Origin: Thermoplasmata archaeon
GTDB taxonomy: Archaea; Thermoplasmatota; Thermoplasmata; Lutacidiplasmatales; UBA184
Reading direction: 5' to 3'
DNA length: 44,854 nt
Assembly (NCBI GenBank): GCA_022749845.1
Contig: JAKIWX010000003.1
Location: forward strand, 1-44,854
Part shown: piece after piece, positions 16,011-25,213 of the stretch
Layout of the letters: the number at the start of each line of letters is the position of its first letter
Position numbering within the stretch: the first letter of the stretch is position 1
Translations under genes and position numbers: made by a program
The notes under the pieces: generated by a model
What the model saw: only the letters and a program-made list of their open reading frames with translations
Databases searched by the model: none
What the model was told of the DNA's origin: nothing

Positions 16011-18488
16011 CTAGGACCCGGAGAACGCGTCGAGGGTCGTCGACTTGCGCTTGCGCCCCGCGGGGGCGTTCAACTCGCTGAGCGAGGAATCGAGCCCGAG
16101 ATCGGCACGGGGATCCGGACGAGCGGGTTCCGCCTCGCCGAACCGCTGCTGTCGGCCGCCCTTGAGGAGCGCCGAGGCGTCCCAGTCGAACACCTCCGTC
16201 ACGCGCGCGAGGGTCTGGGCGAGCCGCTCCGCGTAGTAGGTGTAGTCCGGCGGTTTGGTGAGGGCTCGTCCTACCACCCACGGCTCGACCTGCTGGGGGG
16301 TGCGGCTCGCGTCCGTGACGAGCCAGGCGACCTTCATCCCCGGGATCACGTCGTACCCCTCGCTCTGCAGCTGACGGAAGACGCGTAGGAACGGGAGCGC
16401 ATCCTTCGTGGCCTCGTTGTACTCGGACTCCGCACGCACGCTCCGCGCGACGACGAGCCGCTCGGGGGCGACGCGCCCCTCCCGGAGCTCCGCCACCCGC
16501 TCCCGGGCTCGGGTCAGCGCCCGCTGCGTGTCTCCCTGGAGGACGAGCTCGAACAGCTCGTTCAGCGACTCGACCTGGTAGTCGAAGGCGTCCGTCCGGC
16601 GGCTTTCGTAGCCGCGGACGACGAGCTCGGAACGGGGCCACGCCGTGCGTCCGACGTACCGCTTCTTCGCCCCGTGGGAGAACAGCGATTCGTACACCGA
16701 CTGGAACTCGAGGCTCGCCCCTTTCGCGCTGAACCGTCGGGAGAGCGTCTGACCGAACTCCATCGCCCCCTCGAGCGTAGGGGTCGGGGAGCGGACGAAC
16801 ACCGAATCGGTGTCGGAGTAGACCACCTCGATGTGGTCCTCCTCGAGCTCGCGTATGACCGTGGTGATGGCGTCCCGCGCGAAGGAGGTGATCGCCGCGC
16901 CGATGTCCTTGTTCGTGAACCGGTAGAAGCTCGAGGCGAGCACGCCGTAGAAGGAGTTCATCAGCACCTTCACGGCGGCCTGGAGCCCGTCGTAGTAGGC
17001 GCGCAGCTCCGGGGTCGCCTCCTCCTGCGCGCGCCGCCGGAACTCGTCCCGGTGGCGCATCAGGTCCTCGAGGAGCTCGGGGATTACCCCGCGCATCGTC
17101 TCCGGCGGGAGGAACTTCGCCCCGGAGGGGCTCACCGTCGTCCCTTCCGTGGAAAGGGTCGTGAAGCACAGATTCTTCGCGATGATGATCGACGGGTACA
17201 TCGCCTTGAAGTCGAGCACGACGACCCAGTGGTAGAGGCCGGGCCGGATCGTGTGGACGTAGCCGCCCTCGATCGGAGCCTCCCGGTTCACCCTCCGGCT
17301 CGGCGGGACGCCGATGTGCCGCTCGTCCGCCCGCGGGATGAGGAGCGCATCGATGAACAGCGAGGTCCGGCCGTTCAGCCCCTCCTCAAGCGGCAGGTGG
17401 GCCACGGTCGCGAGGTCCGCGGCCTTGTCCATCGAGCGAAGGCGGAGCAGGATGTGCAGCGCGAGGCGTGCGTCGTGCGTGCAGTAGGTCATCACCGCCT
17501 CCGGGTCCTTCGCCCACTCCGCCTCGATGTTCCGGCGGTCGACGTCGAGCTTCTTGTCGCCGAGCAGGGTCCGGGCCACGTACTCGAGGCTCTCCTGCTT
17601 CGGCCGGAGCTCGCGCCGTGCCGACCACCAGGCGTCGGCCACGACGCGGCCGTGGATCCTCCAGAGGCGCTCGCCCGCGTCCCCGGGAGCGGTACGGTCC
17701 CTGCCGAGGAGCAGCTCGGGGAGGCCGAGCGCCGCCTGGCGCTCGAGCAGGAGCGGGAAGTCGTAGCCCCCGATGTTGTAACCCGTGATCACGTCGGGGT
17801 CTTCCTTCTCGACCACCCGGACGAACCCCTCGAGGATCTCCCGTTCGCTCCCATGAAGGCGGAACTCGCGCTCGTTCGCGACCTCCGACTCTCCGGAGGT
17901 GCGGCTCACGACGCCGCACAAGGTGAACAGGGTCCGCGCTCGGATCGCGTTCTCGATGTCGAAGCTCAGGTAGGTGAGGGGCGGCCGGAACGGCTCGACT
18001 CGTTCGAGACGGGCCTCCCCCTTCGGTAACACCCGGAGCACCTGGGCTACCGTGTACCGGTTCCGCTCCTCCTCGGTCGCGTCCTCGGCCTCGAAGCCGA
18101 TCGTGAGTCCGAGGTGGCGGTCGTAGATGAACCGATGAACGAACGGGATATCGCAGGCGAGCACGGAGTTCTCCTCCCCGCTCCGATGGTACCGCTCGCG
18201 GAGCTGCGGCACCACCCACGGGTGATGCAGGCGAACCGTCGCGACCGGCCGGTACGTCCCTTTCACCCAGAGCGGCGGCCCCGAATCGATGCTCACGACC
18301 TCCGGCTCGGCGCGAAGCCGCGCGAGCTGGTCGGCGTTCGGCTCGGTGAGCTCGAAGTACGGTCGGAATCCACTCGCGAGCGCGACCACGCTCTCGCCCT
18401 CCGGAGTCTTGCCGTAGAGCTCAAGCACGACGCCGTCCCCCTCGGAGCGGTACGAACCCCCGAGGAGGAAGAGCGAATACCGGGTCAC
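16011..18488 (-). CDS. polB: Family B DNA polymerase with proofreading exonuclease; no intein
   Basis: SFDIE, GYNIGGYDFP, LDFKAMYPSII, KVLMNSFYG, YSDTDS, KKRYVG. N-terminal FRPYF, HPWVVP and DIPF resemble the uracil-sensing pocket. Confidence 0.97.
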   Translation of the reverse strand: MTRYSLFLLGGSYRSEGDGVVLELYGKTPEGESVVALASGFRPYFELTEPNADQLARLRAEPEVVSIDSGPPLWVKGTYRPVATVRLHHPWVVPQLRERYHRSGEENSVLACDIPFVHRFIYDRHLGLTIGFEAEDATEEERNRYTVAQVLRVLPKGEARLERVEPFRPPLTYLSFDIENAIRARTLFTLCGVVSRTSGESEVANEREFRLHGSEREILEGFVRVVEKEDPDVITGYNIGGYDFPLLLERQAALGLPELLLGRDRTAPGDAGERLWRIHGRVVADAWWSARRELRPKQESLEYVARTLLGDKKLDVDRRNIEAEWAKDPEAVMTYCTHDARLALHILLRLRSMDKAADLATVAHLPLEEGLNGRTSLFIDALLIPRADERHIGVPPSRRVNREAPIEGGYVHTIRPGLYHWVVVLDFKAMYPSIIIAKNLCFTTLSTEGTTVSPSGAKFLPPETMRGVIPELLEDLMRHRDEFRRRAQEEATPELRAYYDGLQAAVKVLMNSFYGVLASSFYRFTNKDIGAAITSFARDAITTVIRELEEDHIEVVYSDTDSVFVRSPTPTLEGAMEFGQTLSRRFSAKGASLEFQSVYESLFSHGAKKRYVGRTAWPRSELVVRGYESRRTDAFDYQVESLNELFELVLQGDTQRALTRARERVAELREGRVAPERLVVARSVRAESEYNEATKDALPFLRVFRQLQSEGYDVIPGMKVAWLVTDASRTPQQVEPWVVGRALTKPPDYTYYAERLAQTLARVTEVFDWDASALLKGGRQQRFGEAEPARPDPRADLGLDSSLSELNAPAGRKRKSTTLDAFSGS

Positions 18489-18624
18489 GCCGCGGGAACC
18501 CGGCCGGGGCTAATAGGGGTGCCGCGCAGCGCCACCGGGAGCCTCGCCTCGCGCAGCAGGATTCGCCAAATCTCCGTCGGTAGCTAGCTCCGGCGCGCGC
18601 CAGCTTACGTCGTGCGGGCGGAAT

Positions 18625-18632
18625 CTTAAATA
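18625..18632 (+). promoter_or_regulatory. TATA box of rps12-rps7-EF-2 operon
   Basis: CTTAAATA, 38 nt upstream of ATG 18671. Confidence 0.7.
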
Positions 18633-18670
18633 GGGGGTCCCGGTGGGCGCCTCCCGCGAGAGTTTCGTCG

Positions 18671-19105
18671 ATGCCACCCCCTTCTGGAATGAACACCGCT
18701 GGCCGCCTGCAGCAGCTCCGCCAGCGACGGCGCTGGTCGGACCGGTACTACAAGCGGCGGACCCTCCACCTCAAGGAGCGTTCGGACCCTCTCGAGGGCG
18801 CGCCCCAGGCCCGGGGCATCGTGATCGAGAAGGTCGGGGTCGAAGCGAAGCAGCCCAACTCGGCCATCCGCAAGTGCATCAAAGTCCAGCTCATCAAGAA
18901 CGGCCGGCAGGTGACCGCGTTCGCGGTCGGCGACGGGGCGATCAACTTCATTGACGAGCACGACGAGGTGCTCGTCGAGGGGATCGGCGGGAGAATGGGC
19001 CGCTCGTACGGCGACATTCCCGGCGTCCGCTACAAGGTGATCCAGGTGAACAGCGTCTCGCTCGACGAGCTCGTGCGGGGACGCAAGGAGAAGCCGCAGC
19101 GATGA
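18671..19105 (+). CDS. rps12: 30S ribosomal protein uS12 (S12P/S23e)
   Basis: [45 protein letters not shown]. Confidence 0.98.
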   Translation: MPPPSGMNTAGRLQQLRQRRRWSDRYYKRRTLHLKERSDPLEGAPQARGIVIEKVGVEAKQPNSAIRKCIKVQLIKNGRQVTAFAVGDGAINFIDEHDEVLVEGIGGRMGRSYGDIPGVRYKVIQVNSVSLDELVRGRKEKPQR

Positions 19106-19767
19106 GCCCGCCGACCGAGTTCGTGCCGCCCGCTCCGGAGCCTGCACCCGAGGAGAGCGTCCCTTCCCCGGCCCGTCCTCCCCCTCCGCCACCGCCGCCG
19201 TTCGCGCTCCCCCCGCTCTTCGGGCGGTACAAGTTCGAAGGGGTCGAGGTCCACGACCCGGGGCTCGCGCCCTACCTCTACCTCCACCCGATCTACAGCC
19301 CGCACACCGAGGGGAAGCTCTCGGGCCGACCGTTCCTCAAGGCGCAGATGCACCTCGTGGAACGCCTCGCGAACCACCTGATGAAGGGGGGCAAGTTCAC
19401 GGGGAAGAAGTCGAAGGCGATCACCACCGTGCGCCTCGCCTTCGAAGAGCTCGAGCAGAAGGAGAAGGAGAACCCGCTCCAGCTGCTCGTGAACGCCGTC
19501 GAGAACTCCGCGCCCCGCGAGGAGGTCACCCGGTTGCAGTTCGGCGGGATCTCGGTCCCGCGCGCGGTCGACTCCGCACCGGCGCGGCGGCTCGCCGTCG
19601 CGATCCGCAACCTCGCCCAAGGTGCGATCCAGGCGTCGCGCAAGTCGACGAAGTCGATCTCCTCCTGCCTTGCGACCGAGATCGCGCTCGCCGCGAAGGG
19701 GGACCTCACGAGCTTCGCGGTCGGACGGAAGGAAGAGGTCGAGCGCGTGGCGCAGTCGGCCCGCTAG
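19102..19767 (+). CDS. rps7: 30S ribosomal protein uS7 with Pro-rich N-terminal extension
   Basis: [54 protein letters not shown] overlap with rps12. Confidence 0.97.
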   Translation: MSPPTEFVPPAPEPAPEESVPSPARPPPPPPPPFALPPLFGRYKFEGVEVHDPGLAPYLYLHPIYSPHTEGKLSGRPFLKAQMHLVERLANHLMKGGKFTGKKSKAITTVRLAFEELEQKEKENPLQLLVNAVENSAPREEVTRLQFGGISVPRAVDSAPARRLAVAIRNLAQGAIQASRKSTKSISSCLATEIALAAKGDLTSFAVGRKEEVERVAQSAR

Positions 19768-19796
19768 GCGCGGCGCGAGAGAGGGACGATTGGGAC

Positions 19797-21998
19797 ATGA
19801 CGCACATCCGTAGCGAGCTCGCGAAAGCGATTCCCGACATGATGCACCGGATCCAGCAGATCCGGAACATCGGGATCGTCGCCCACATTCACCACGGCAA
19901 GACGACCCTCTCCGACAACCTGCTCGCGGCCGCCGGCATGATCTCGACCGAGCTTGCGGGCAAGCAGCTCTACCTGAACTTCGACGAGCAGGAGCAGGCA
20001 CGCCTGCTCACGATCAACAACGCCGACGTCACGATCGTCCACGAGTACGAGAACCAGCAGTATCTGATCAACCTCATCGACACCCCCGGCCACGTCGACT
20101 TCGGCGGCGACGTCACCCGGGCGATGCGGGCGGTCGACGGCGCCGTCGTCGTCGTCTGCGCGGTCGAGGGGGTGATGGCGCAGACGGAGACGGTGCTACG
20201 CCAAGCGCTCCGCGAGAAGGTGAAACCGGTCCTGTTCATCAACAAGGTCGACCGGGCGATCAAGGAGCTCAAACTCACCACGGAGTCGTTCCAGAAGCGG
20301 TTCACCGAGATCATCTCGGAGGTGAACGAGCTCATCCGGAAGATGGCGCCCGAGGAGTTCGTGGACGAGTGGAGCGTCGACCCCCGCGACGGGTCGGTGG
20401 CCTTCGGCAGCGGCTACGAGAACTGGGCGATCTCGGTCCCCTACATGCAGAAGACTGGCGTGAAGTTCAAGGACATTGTCGACTTCGTCTCGACCGGTCG
20501 CTCGCGGGAGATCGCGCAGAAGGCGAAGATCAACGACGTCATTTTCGACATGGTGGTGAAGCACCTGCCGAGCCCCGAGATCGCCCAGCGGTACCGCATC
20601 CCCAACATCTGGAAGGGGGACCCTACGAGCGTCGTCGGCAAGGCGATGACCTCCACGGAGGCGGGCGGCCCGACGGCCTTCATGGTCACCGACATCACGA
20701 TGGACCCGAACGCGGGGGAGATCGCGACGGGCCGACTGTTCTCGGGCCGCCTGGCGAAAGGGATGGAGCTCCAGGTGGTCGGCACGAAGCTCAAGAACCG
20801 CATCCAGCACGTCTCCCTCTTCATGGGCCCCGAGCGGCTGATGGTCGAAGAGGTGACGGCGGGGAACATCGCCGCCGTGATCGGCCTCACCGATGCCTTC
20901 GCGGGTACGACGATGTCGAACGCCCCCGAGATGGTGCCGTTCGAGGAGATCCGCCACGTCTCGGAGCCGGTGGTAACGGTCGCGATCGAGCCGAAGCACA
21001 TGGCCGACCTGCCGAAGCTCATCGAGACGATGCGCAAGGTGGCGAAGGAGGACGCGAGCCTCCGGGTCGAGATCAACCCCGAGACCGGCGAGCACCTCCT
21101 CTCGGGGATGGGGGAGCTCCATCTCGAGATCACCCAGTTCCGGATCATCAACGACTACAAGGTCGAGATCGAGGCGTCGAAGCCGATCGTCGTCTACCGG
21201 GAGACGGTGAAGGGCCCGGGGGGGCCGTTCGAGGGAAAGTCCCCGAACAAGCACAACAAGTTCTACTTCGAGGTGGAGGCGCTCCCCGCCGGGGTCGTCA
21301 CCGCGATCCGGGAGGGGGAGATCCCCCAGGGGAAGTCGTTCAAGGACACGAAGACGCTCGTCACGAAGCTCGAATCGCTCGGCGTCTCGCGCGACGAGGG
21401 GCGGGGCATCGTCGCGGTCGAAGGGACGAACATCCTCTTCGATGTGACCAAGGGCATCCAGTACCTCAACGAGACGATGGACCTCATCGTCGACGCCTTC
21501 AAGGAGGCGATGAACCGCGGACCGCTCGCGAACGAGAAGGTCTACGGCCTCAAGGTCCGCCTCGTCGACGCGAAGCTCCACGAGGACTCGATCCACCGCG
21601 GCCCGGCCCAGACGATCCCCGCCGCCCGCTCGGGCGTCTACGGGGCGATGTGCGTTGCCGGGCGAGTGCTTCTCGAGCCGCTCCAGAAGGTCACCGTGAA
21701 CGTCCCCCAGGAAGTGCTCTCGAACGCCACGCGGGAGCTCCAGCGGCGCCGGGGGGAGATCCAGGACATGACGAGCGTCGGGGACCTGCAGACGATCGTC
21801 GCGAAGACGCCGGTCGCCGAGATGTTCGGGTTCGCCTCCGATATCCGTAGCGCCACCGCCGGGAAGGTGCTGTGGTCCACCGAGTCGATGGGGTTCGAGA
21901 CGCTCCCGACGGAACTGCAGCCCGAAGTGGTGGCCCAGATCCGCCAGCGGCGGGGCCTCAAGCCCGAGCCGTACGACGCGTCGTACTACGCCGGGTGA
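19797..21998 (+). CDS. fusA: Translation elongation factor EF-2 (aEF-2) with atypical G1/G2/G5 motifs
   Basis: DTPGHVDFGGDVTRAMR, NKVD, GMGELHL, EGKSPNKHN, diphthamide loop HEDSIHRGPAQ (His600). Located in the str operon. Confidence 0.97.
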   Translation: MTHIRSELAKAIPDMMHRIQQIRNIGIVAHIHHGKTTLSDNLLAAAGMISTELAGKQLYLNFDEQEQARLLTINNADVTIVHEYENQQYLINLIDTPGHVDFGGDVTRAMRAVDGAVVVVCAVEGVMAQTETVLRQALREKVKPVLFINKVDRAIKELKLTTESFQKRFTEIISEVNELIRKMAPEEFVDEWSVDPRDGSVAFGSGYENWAISVPYMQKTGVKFKDIVDFVSTGRSREIAQKAKINDVIFDMVVKHLPSPEIAQRYRIPNIWKGDPTSVVGKAMTSTEAGGPTAFMVTDITMDPNAGEIATGRLFSGRLAKGMELQVVGTKLKNRIQHVSLFMGPERLMVEEVTAGNIAAVIGLTDAFAGTTMSNAPEMVPFEEIRHVSEPVVTVAIEPKHMADLPKLIETMRKVAKEDASLRVEINPETGEHLLSGMGELHLEITQFRIINDYKVEIEASKPIVVYRETVKGPGGPFEGKSPNKHNKFYFEVEALPAGVVTAIREGEIPQGKSFKDTKTLVTKLESLGVSRDEGRGIVAVEGTNILFDVTKGIQYLNETMDLIVDAFKEAMNRGPLANEKVYGLKVRLVDAKLHEDSIHRGPAQTIPAARSGVYGAMCVAGRVLLEPLQKVTVNVPQEVLSNATRELQRRRGEIQDMTSVGDLQTIVAKTPVAEMFGFASDIRSATAGKVLWSTESMGFETLPTELQPEVVAQIRQRRGLKPEPYDASYYAG

Positions 21999-22561
21999 CG
22001 TCGGGGCCCGAGCGCCCCGTCGAGCGTCCGTTGGGCCCGGTCGGGCGGCCCGTCCACCGTGCCGGACTTGAGCGGCCAGGATCCCTCGTGCTGCAGGAGC
22101 CAGCGCTTGCGCCAGAGCCCGAGGCCGAAGCCGGTGAGGTCCCCGTGCTCGCCCACGACCCGGTGGCAGGGGATCACGATCGGGATCGGGTTCCGTCCGA
22201 CCGCGCCTCCCACGGCGCGGGCGCTCCCCGCGTGCCCGGAGCGCTTGGCGAGCTCCCCGTAGGAGACGGTGGTGCCGGGCGGGATCGCGAAAAGCGACTT
22301 CCACACCTCCTGGTCGAACTTCGTGCCGAGCGGGTCGACGAGCAGGTCGAAGCCCTTTCGTCGGCCGGAGAAATACTCGCGGAGCTGCGCGGGAGGGCTC
22401 CCTGCCGGGAACCGCGCGACGGGGCGCGCGTCCGTCGGAGGGCCGGTCTGCTCGACCCCCCGTTCGAGAAGGTCGACCACCTGGACGGTGCGCTGGTGGT
22501 AGACCACCCGGAACGTCCCGATCACCGTCGGGACGAGGGCGACCTCGGATCCGCTCGCCAC
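21986..22561 (-). CDS. ogt: Methylated-DNA--protein-cysteine methyltransferase (O6-alkylguanine alkyltransferase), 191 aa
   Basis: GTKFDQEVW, IPPGTTVSYGELA, ARAVG, NPIPIVIPCHRVV. GTG 22561 is 22 nt below GTATAAG. Confidence 0.95.
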   Translation of the reverse strand: MASGSEVALVPTVIGTFRVVYHQRTVQVVDLLERGVEQTGPPTDARPVARFPAGSPPAQLREYFSGRRKGFDLLVDPLGTKFDQEVWKSLFAIPPGTTVSYGELAKRSGHAGSARAVGGAVGRNPIPIVIPCHRVVGEHGDLTGFGLGLWRKRWLLQHEGSWPLKSGTVDGPPDRAQRTLDGALGPRRHPA

Positions 22562-22584
22562 GAGCGCCGCATCGGTTTCCCCGC

Positions 22585-23304
22585 TTATACTTCCGTGGGG
22601 TCCCCCGCGACACCGGTCCGTGTGATGCGGAACTCTACCTGTCCCTCGGGGCGGGAGCGGTGCTTCAGGAGCACCGCGCGGCGACGGTCGCCCGCGACGC
22701 GTTCGAGCCGCAGTACCGTCTTCGCCACGTGGAGGAGGAAGGACCCGCCGAGAGGCTCGTTGGCGCCCGTCGTCGCGTTCCGATACACTTGGTTCGTCAG
22801 GAGGACCGGCACCTCCACGTGGAGGGCAGTGCCGAGGAGTTCCGCAAGCTCCCGCAAGAGCTCGGTGCGCGCCTCGTCCTCCTCGGGGGTCCCTAGGGCG
22901 AGCCGGTAGTGGAGCGTGGCGGAATCGAGGACGACGAGGCCGAACGGACGGCTTCCCTCCCGCAGCAGGGCGCATCCCGCCCGCACCGCCTGGCCTTGCT
23001 CCTCGAGGTTGCGGGGCGAGGCCAACAGCCACTTTCGGAGGATCCGCGCGGGGTCGGTTCCGCCCGCCGCGGCCACCCGCTCCGCGGAGACTCCCTCCGT
23101 ATCGACGTACAGGACCCATCTCTCCGCGAGGGCGACACGGACGGCCGCGTCGACGCAGAGGATCGTCTTGCCGGTCCCGCCCTCGCCGTAGAGCATCGTG
23201 AGGCCGTCCGGGTCGTAGCCCCCCCCGAGCAGCCGGTCGAGCGCCGGAATTCCCGTCGAGAGGCGCTCCTGCGGCGCCGTCGGCGGCGCGGTGGGTTCGG
23301 TCAC
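22585..23304 (-). CDS. radB: DNA repair and recombination protein RadB, 239 aa
   Basis: LSTGIPALDRLLGGG, GEGGTGKT, YVDTEG, VVLDS, LLTNQVY and the RadB KHR motif. GTGA overlap with the upstream gene. Confidence 0.93.
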   Translation of the reverse strand: MTEPTAPPTAPQERLSTGIPALDRLLGGGYDPDGLTMLYGEGGTGKTILCVDAAVRVALAERWVLYVDTEGVSAERVAAAGGTDPARILRKWLLASPRNLEEQGQAVRAGCALLREGSRPFGLVVLDSATLHYRLALGTPEEDEARTELLRELAELLGTALHVEVPVLLTNQVYRNATTGANEPLGGSFLLHVAKTVLRLERVAGDRRRAVLLKHRSRPEGQVEFRITRTGVAGDPTEV

Positions 23305-24659
23305 GGCAGTGCCTCCCCCGTGGCCACGAGGTAGGCGACGCCCTTTTCCGGTGGGCAGTAGCGGCCCGGGCCGTGGCGGAACGCCTCGGGATGCTGGGTG
23401 TGGATCGGGAACAGGTTCGTCGCGCTCACCTCTCGACAGACGGCCTCGAGCTCGGGTCCCGAGCAGTGTCCCGAGGCGTGGAACTGGTGAAGCCTCAGGT
23501 CGAAGTGGCCGAGCCAATTCTTGAGCACCGCGTCGTTCACGTCTTCGTCGGAGAACGGCTCGCTCATCGAGCGAACGAACGGGGTGCCGGGCTCGGGGCG
23601 GATGTCGATGAGCTCGGGGAACTGGTACAGGTCGAGCAGCAAGAGGAGCTCCCTGCCGCGCCGGCGCACCTCCTGCGCGCCGATCGCTCCCTCGAGCAGC
23701 GGTCGCTCCCAGGCGAAGAGCTTCTTCTTCGAACGCTCGTAGACGAGGAGGTTCGGGTCGGAGCCCGGCTGGGGGAGCGGCAGCGAGGGATCCCCCTCGA
23801 GCGCCCGCAGGAGGAACGCGGTCTTCGCCGGGACCACGAGGGTCCGGCCCGAGTCCCTCGCCGCCTCGTGGAGCGTTCGGATCCGGTCGACGTCGCGTGG
23901 ATAGCACGAAACGACGGCGAGGCCGGCGGTGGAGGCCAGCAGTTCGTCGAGCGCGCTTCGGACGCCGGCCTCACTCAGGTTCTTGCGGGGGTCCGGACCT
24001 GCCCGCGTACCTTCGATGAGCAGCGCCTTCGGTTCCTCCGCCCTCGCAGCCTCGAGGAAGCTGCGGGTCAGGGGCGCCCGAGGGCCGTGCTCGCGGAAAT
24101 CTCCCGTGTAGACGAGCGTGCCGACGGAGGTACGGACCAGAAAGCCCGTCGCGTACGGGACGCTGTGGTCCACGGGGAACGGGAGGATCTCGAGGTTGCC
24201 GACCTTGACCGGCTTACCAGGTTGCAGGGCCTTCCAGGGGTGCTCGCCGTACTTGAGGGTCGGGCTCGACTTCGAATTCGCCTCGAGTATCTTGCGCGTC
24301 CCCTCGCTCGTGTAGACCGGGATCTCGGGATGAACGAACTTCAGGTATCCGGCGTGGTCGGCGTGCGCGTGGCTCACGAAGACCGCGTGTACGGAAGGCT
24401 CGGTGTACCGCTCCTCGATCCCGCCGAGCGACTCCTTCGAGTAGAGGCCGTCGAGCCACGGCAAGAGCTCGAACTCGAGGAGATCCCGCACCGGACTCGT
24501 CGAGCGCGGCGTGAGGAAGTCGACGTAGAACGACTCGTACCTCGGGTCGAACGCCGGGCCGAAATCGAACAGCACCCGGTCGGGGCCGTCGTCGAGGACG
24601 ATCTTGTTCCCCCCGATCTCGCGCACCCCACCCAGGAAGCGGACGGTGGGTTCGGCCAC
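23301..24659 (-). CDS. rnj: Metallo-beta-lactamase/beta-CASP nuclease, RNase J-like
   Basis: GGVREIGGNKI, LFDFG, SHAHADH, VDHS, YTGDFR, LIEGT, HASGH, PIHT. Confidence 0.82.
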   Translation of the reverse strand: MAEPTVRFLGGVREIGGNKIVLDDGPDRVLFDFGPAFDPRYESFYVDFLTPRSTSPVRDLLEFELLPWLDGLYSKESLGGIEERYTEPSVHAVFVSHAHADHAGYLKFVHPEIPVYTSEGTRKILEANSKSSPTLKYGEHPWKALQPGKPVKVGNLEILPFPVDHSVPYATGFLVRTSVGTLVYTGDFREHGPRAPLTRSFLEAARAEEPKALLIEGTRAGPDPRKNLSEAGVRSALDELLASTAGLAVVSCYPRDVDRIRTLHEAARDSGRTLVVPAKTAFLLRALEGDPSLPLPQPGSDPNLLVYERSKKKLFAWERPLLEGAIGAQEVRRRGRELLLLLDLYQFPELIDIRPEPGTPFVRSMSEPFSDEDVNDAVLKNWLGHFDLRLHQFHASGHCSGPELEAVCREVSATNLFPIHTQHPEAFRHGPGRYCPPEKGVAYLVATGEALP

Positions 24660-24749
24660 GGGGCCAAAGCCGGCTACTCTCGCATAACGGTTCGCGTGCG
24701 CACTGCCGCTGCGCTCCGCCTCGCGCCGCTCGGCAGGGAGAGGTGGACG

Positions 24750-24884
24750 CTACCGCGCCTTGAGCGGCTTCTTCACGTTCGGGTGCTCCTTCGTGAAGAT
24801 CTTCCCACCGCAGTTGTCGCAACGGACCCCGAAAAGGTTCGAGTCGCTCGGGAGCGCCTCGCCGCAGCGGATGCACCGGAACAT
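24750..24884 (-). CDS. rpoP: RNA polymerase subunit P (Rpo12), 44 aa
   Basis: Below the ORF-track cutoff. Manual translation gives MFRCIRCGEALPSDSNLFGVRCDNCGGKIFTKEHPNVKKPLKAR*: a C4 zinc ribbon in the usual position after rpl37ae. Confidence 0.93.
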   Translation of the reverse strand: MFRCIRCGEALPSDSNLFGVRCDNCGGKIFTKEHPNVKKPLKAR

Positions 24885-24922
24885 GCTTGGAAGTTCCCTT
24901 CCGGCCTTCTAATGCGTTTCGG

Positions 24923-25213
24923 TCACGTGCCCCGGGCGGGGCGGGCCGCGGCGGCGGGCTCCTGGGTCCGCTCCGAACGCGTGATCGGGGGGGGCGGCGA
25001 AAAGACGTAGGCGCCGGAGGCGAACCGGGTCCCGCAGCGGCGGCACTCGAACACTCCGCTCGCCACGCGGGCGAGGGTGACCGTCGAGCACTGCGGGCAG
25101 GGGGCGTCCTTCTCGCTCTCGCGGTCGATCTCGAGGACGCGCCGGCGGATCCGGATGCCGTAGCGGGGTCCCATCCAGCCGGTGGACCCGATCTTCTTCG
25201 TGCGCTTGCTCAT
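24923..25213 (-). CDS. rpl37ae: 50S ribosomal protein eL43 (L37Ae), 96 aa
   Basis: [23 protein letters not shown]...CPQC...GVFECRRCG..FASGAY. ATGA overlap with rrp42. Confidence 0.95.
   Translation of the reverse strand: MSKRTKKIGSTGWMGPRYGIRIRRRVLEIDRESEKDAPCPQCSTVTLARVASGVFECRRCGTRFASGAYVFSPPPPITRSERTQEPAAAARPARGT

Noticed and set aside
18520-18620. Possible tRNA or sRNA in the polB/rps12 intergenic region (AGCTAGCT, GGCGCGCGCC, GATT/AATC)
   Set aside because: No cloverleaf, T-loop (GTTCRA) or C/D box pair is visible, and the short palindromes are expected at this GC content.
21570-21615. EF-2 as a diphthamide-less paralog like those of some Asgard archaea
   Set aside because: HEDSIHRGPAQ with the target His is intact and the gene sits in the rps12-rps7 operon. 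Only the GTPase motifs deviate.
16011-23304. Inteins in PolB or RadB
   Set aside because: Lengths (825 and 239 aa) and motif spacing are continuous, with no C/S...HN insertion.
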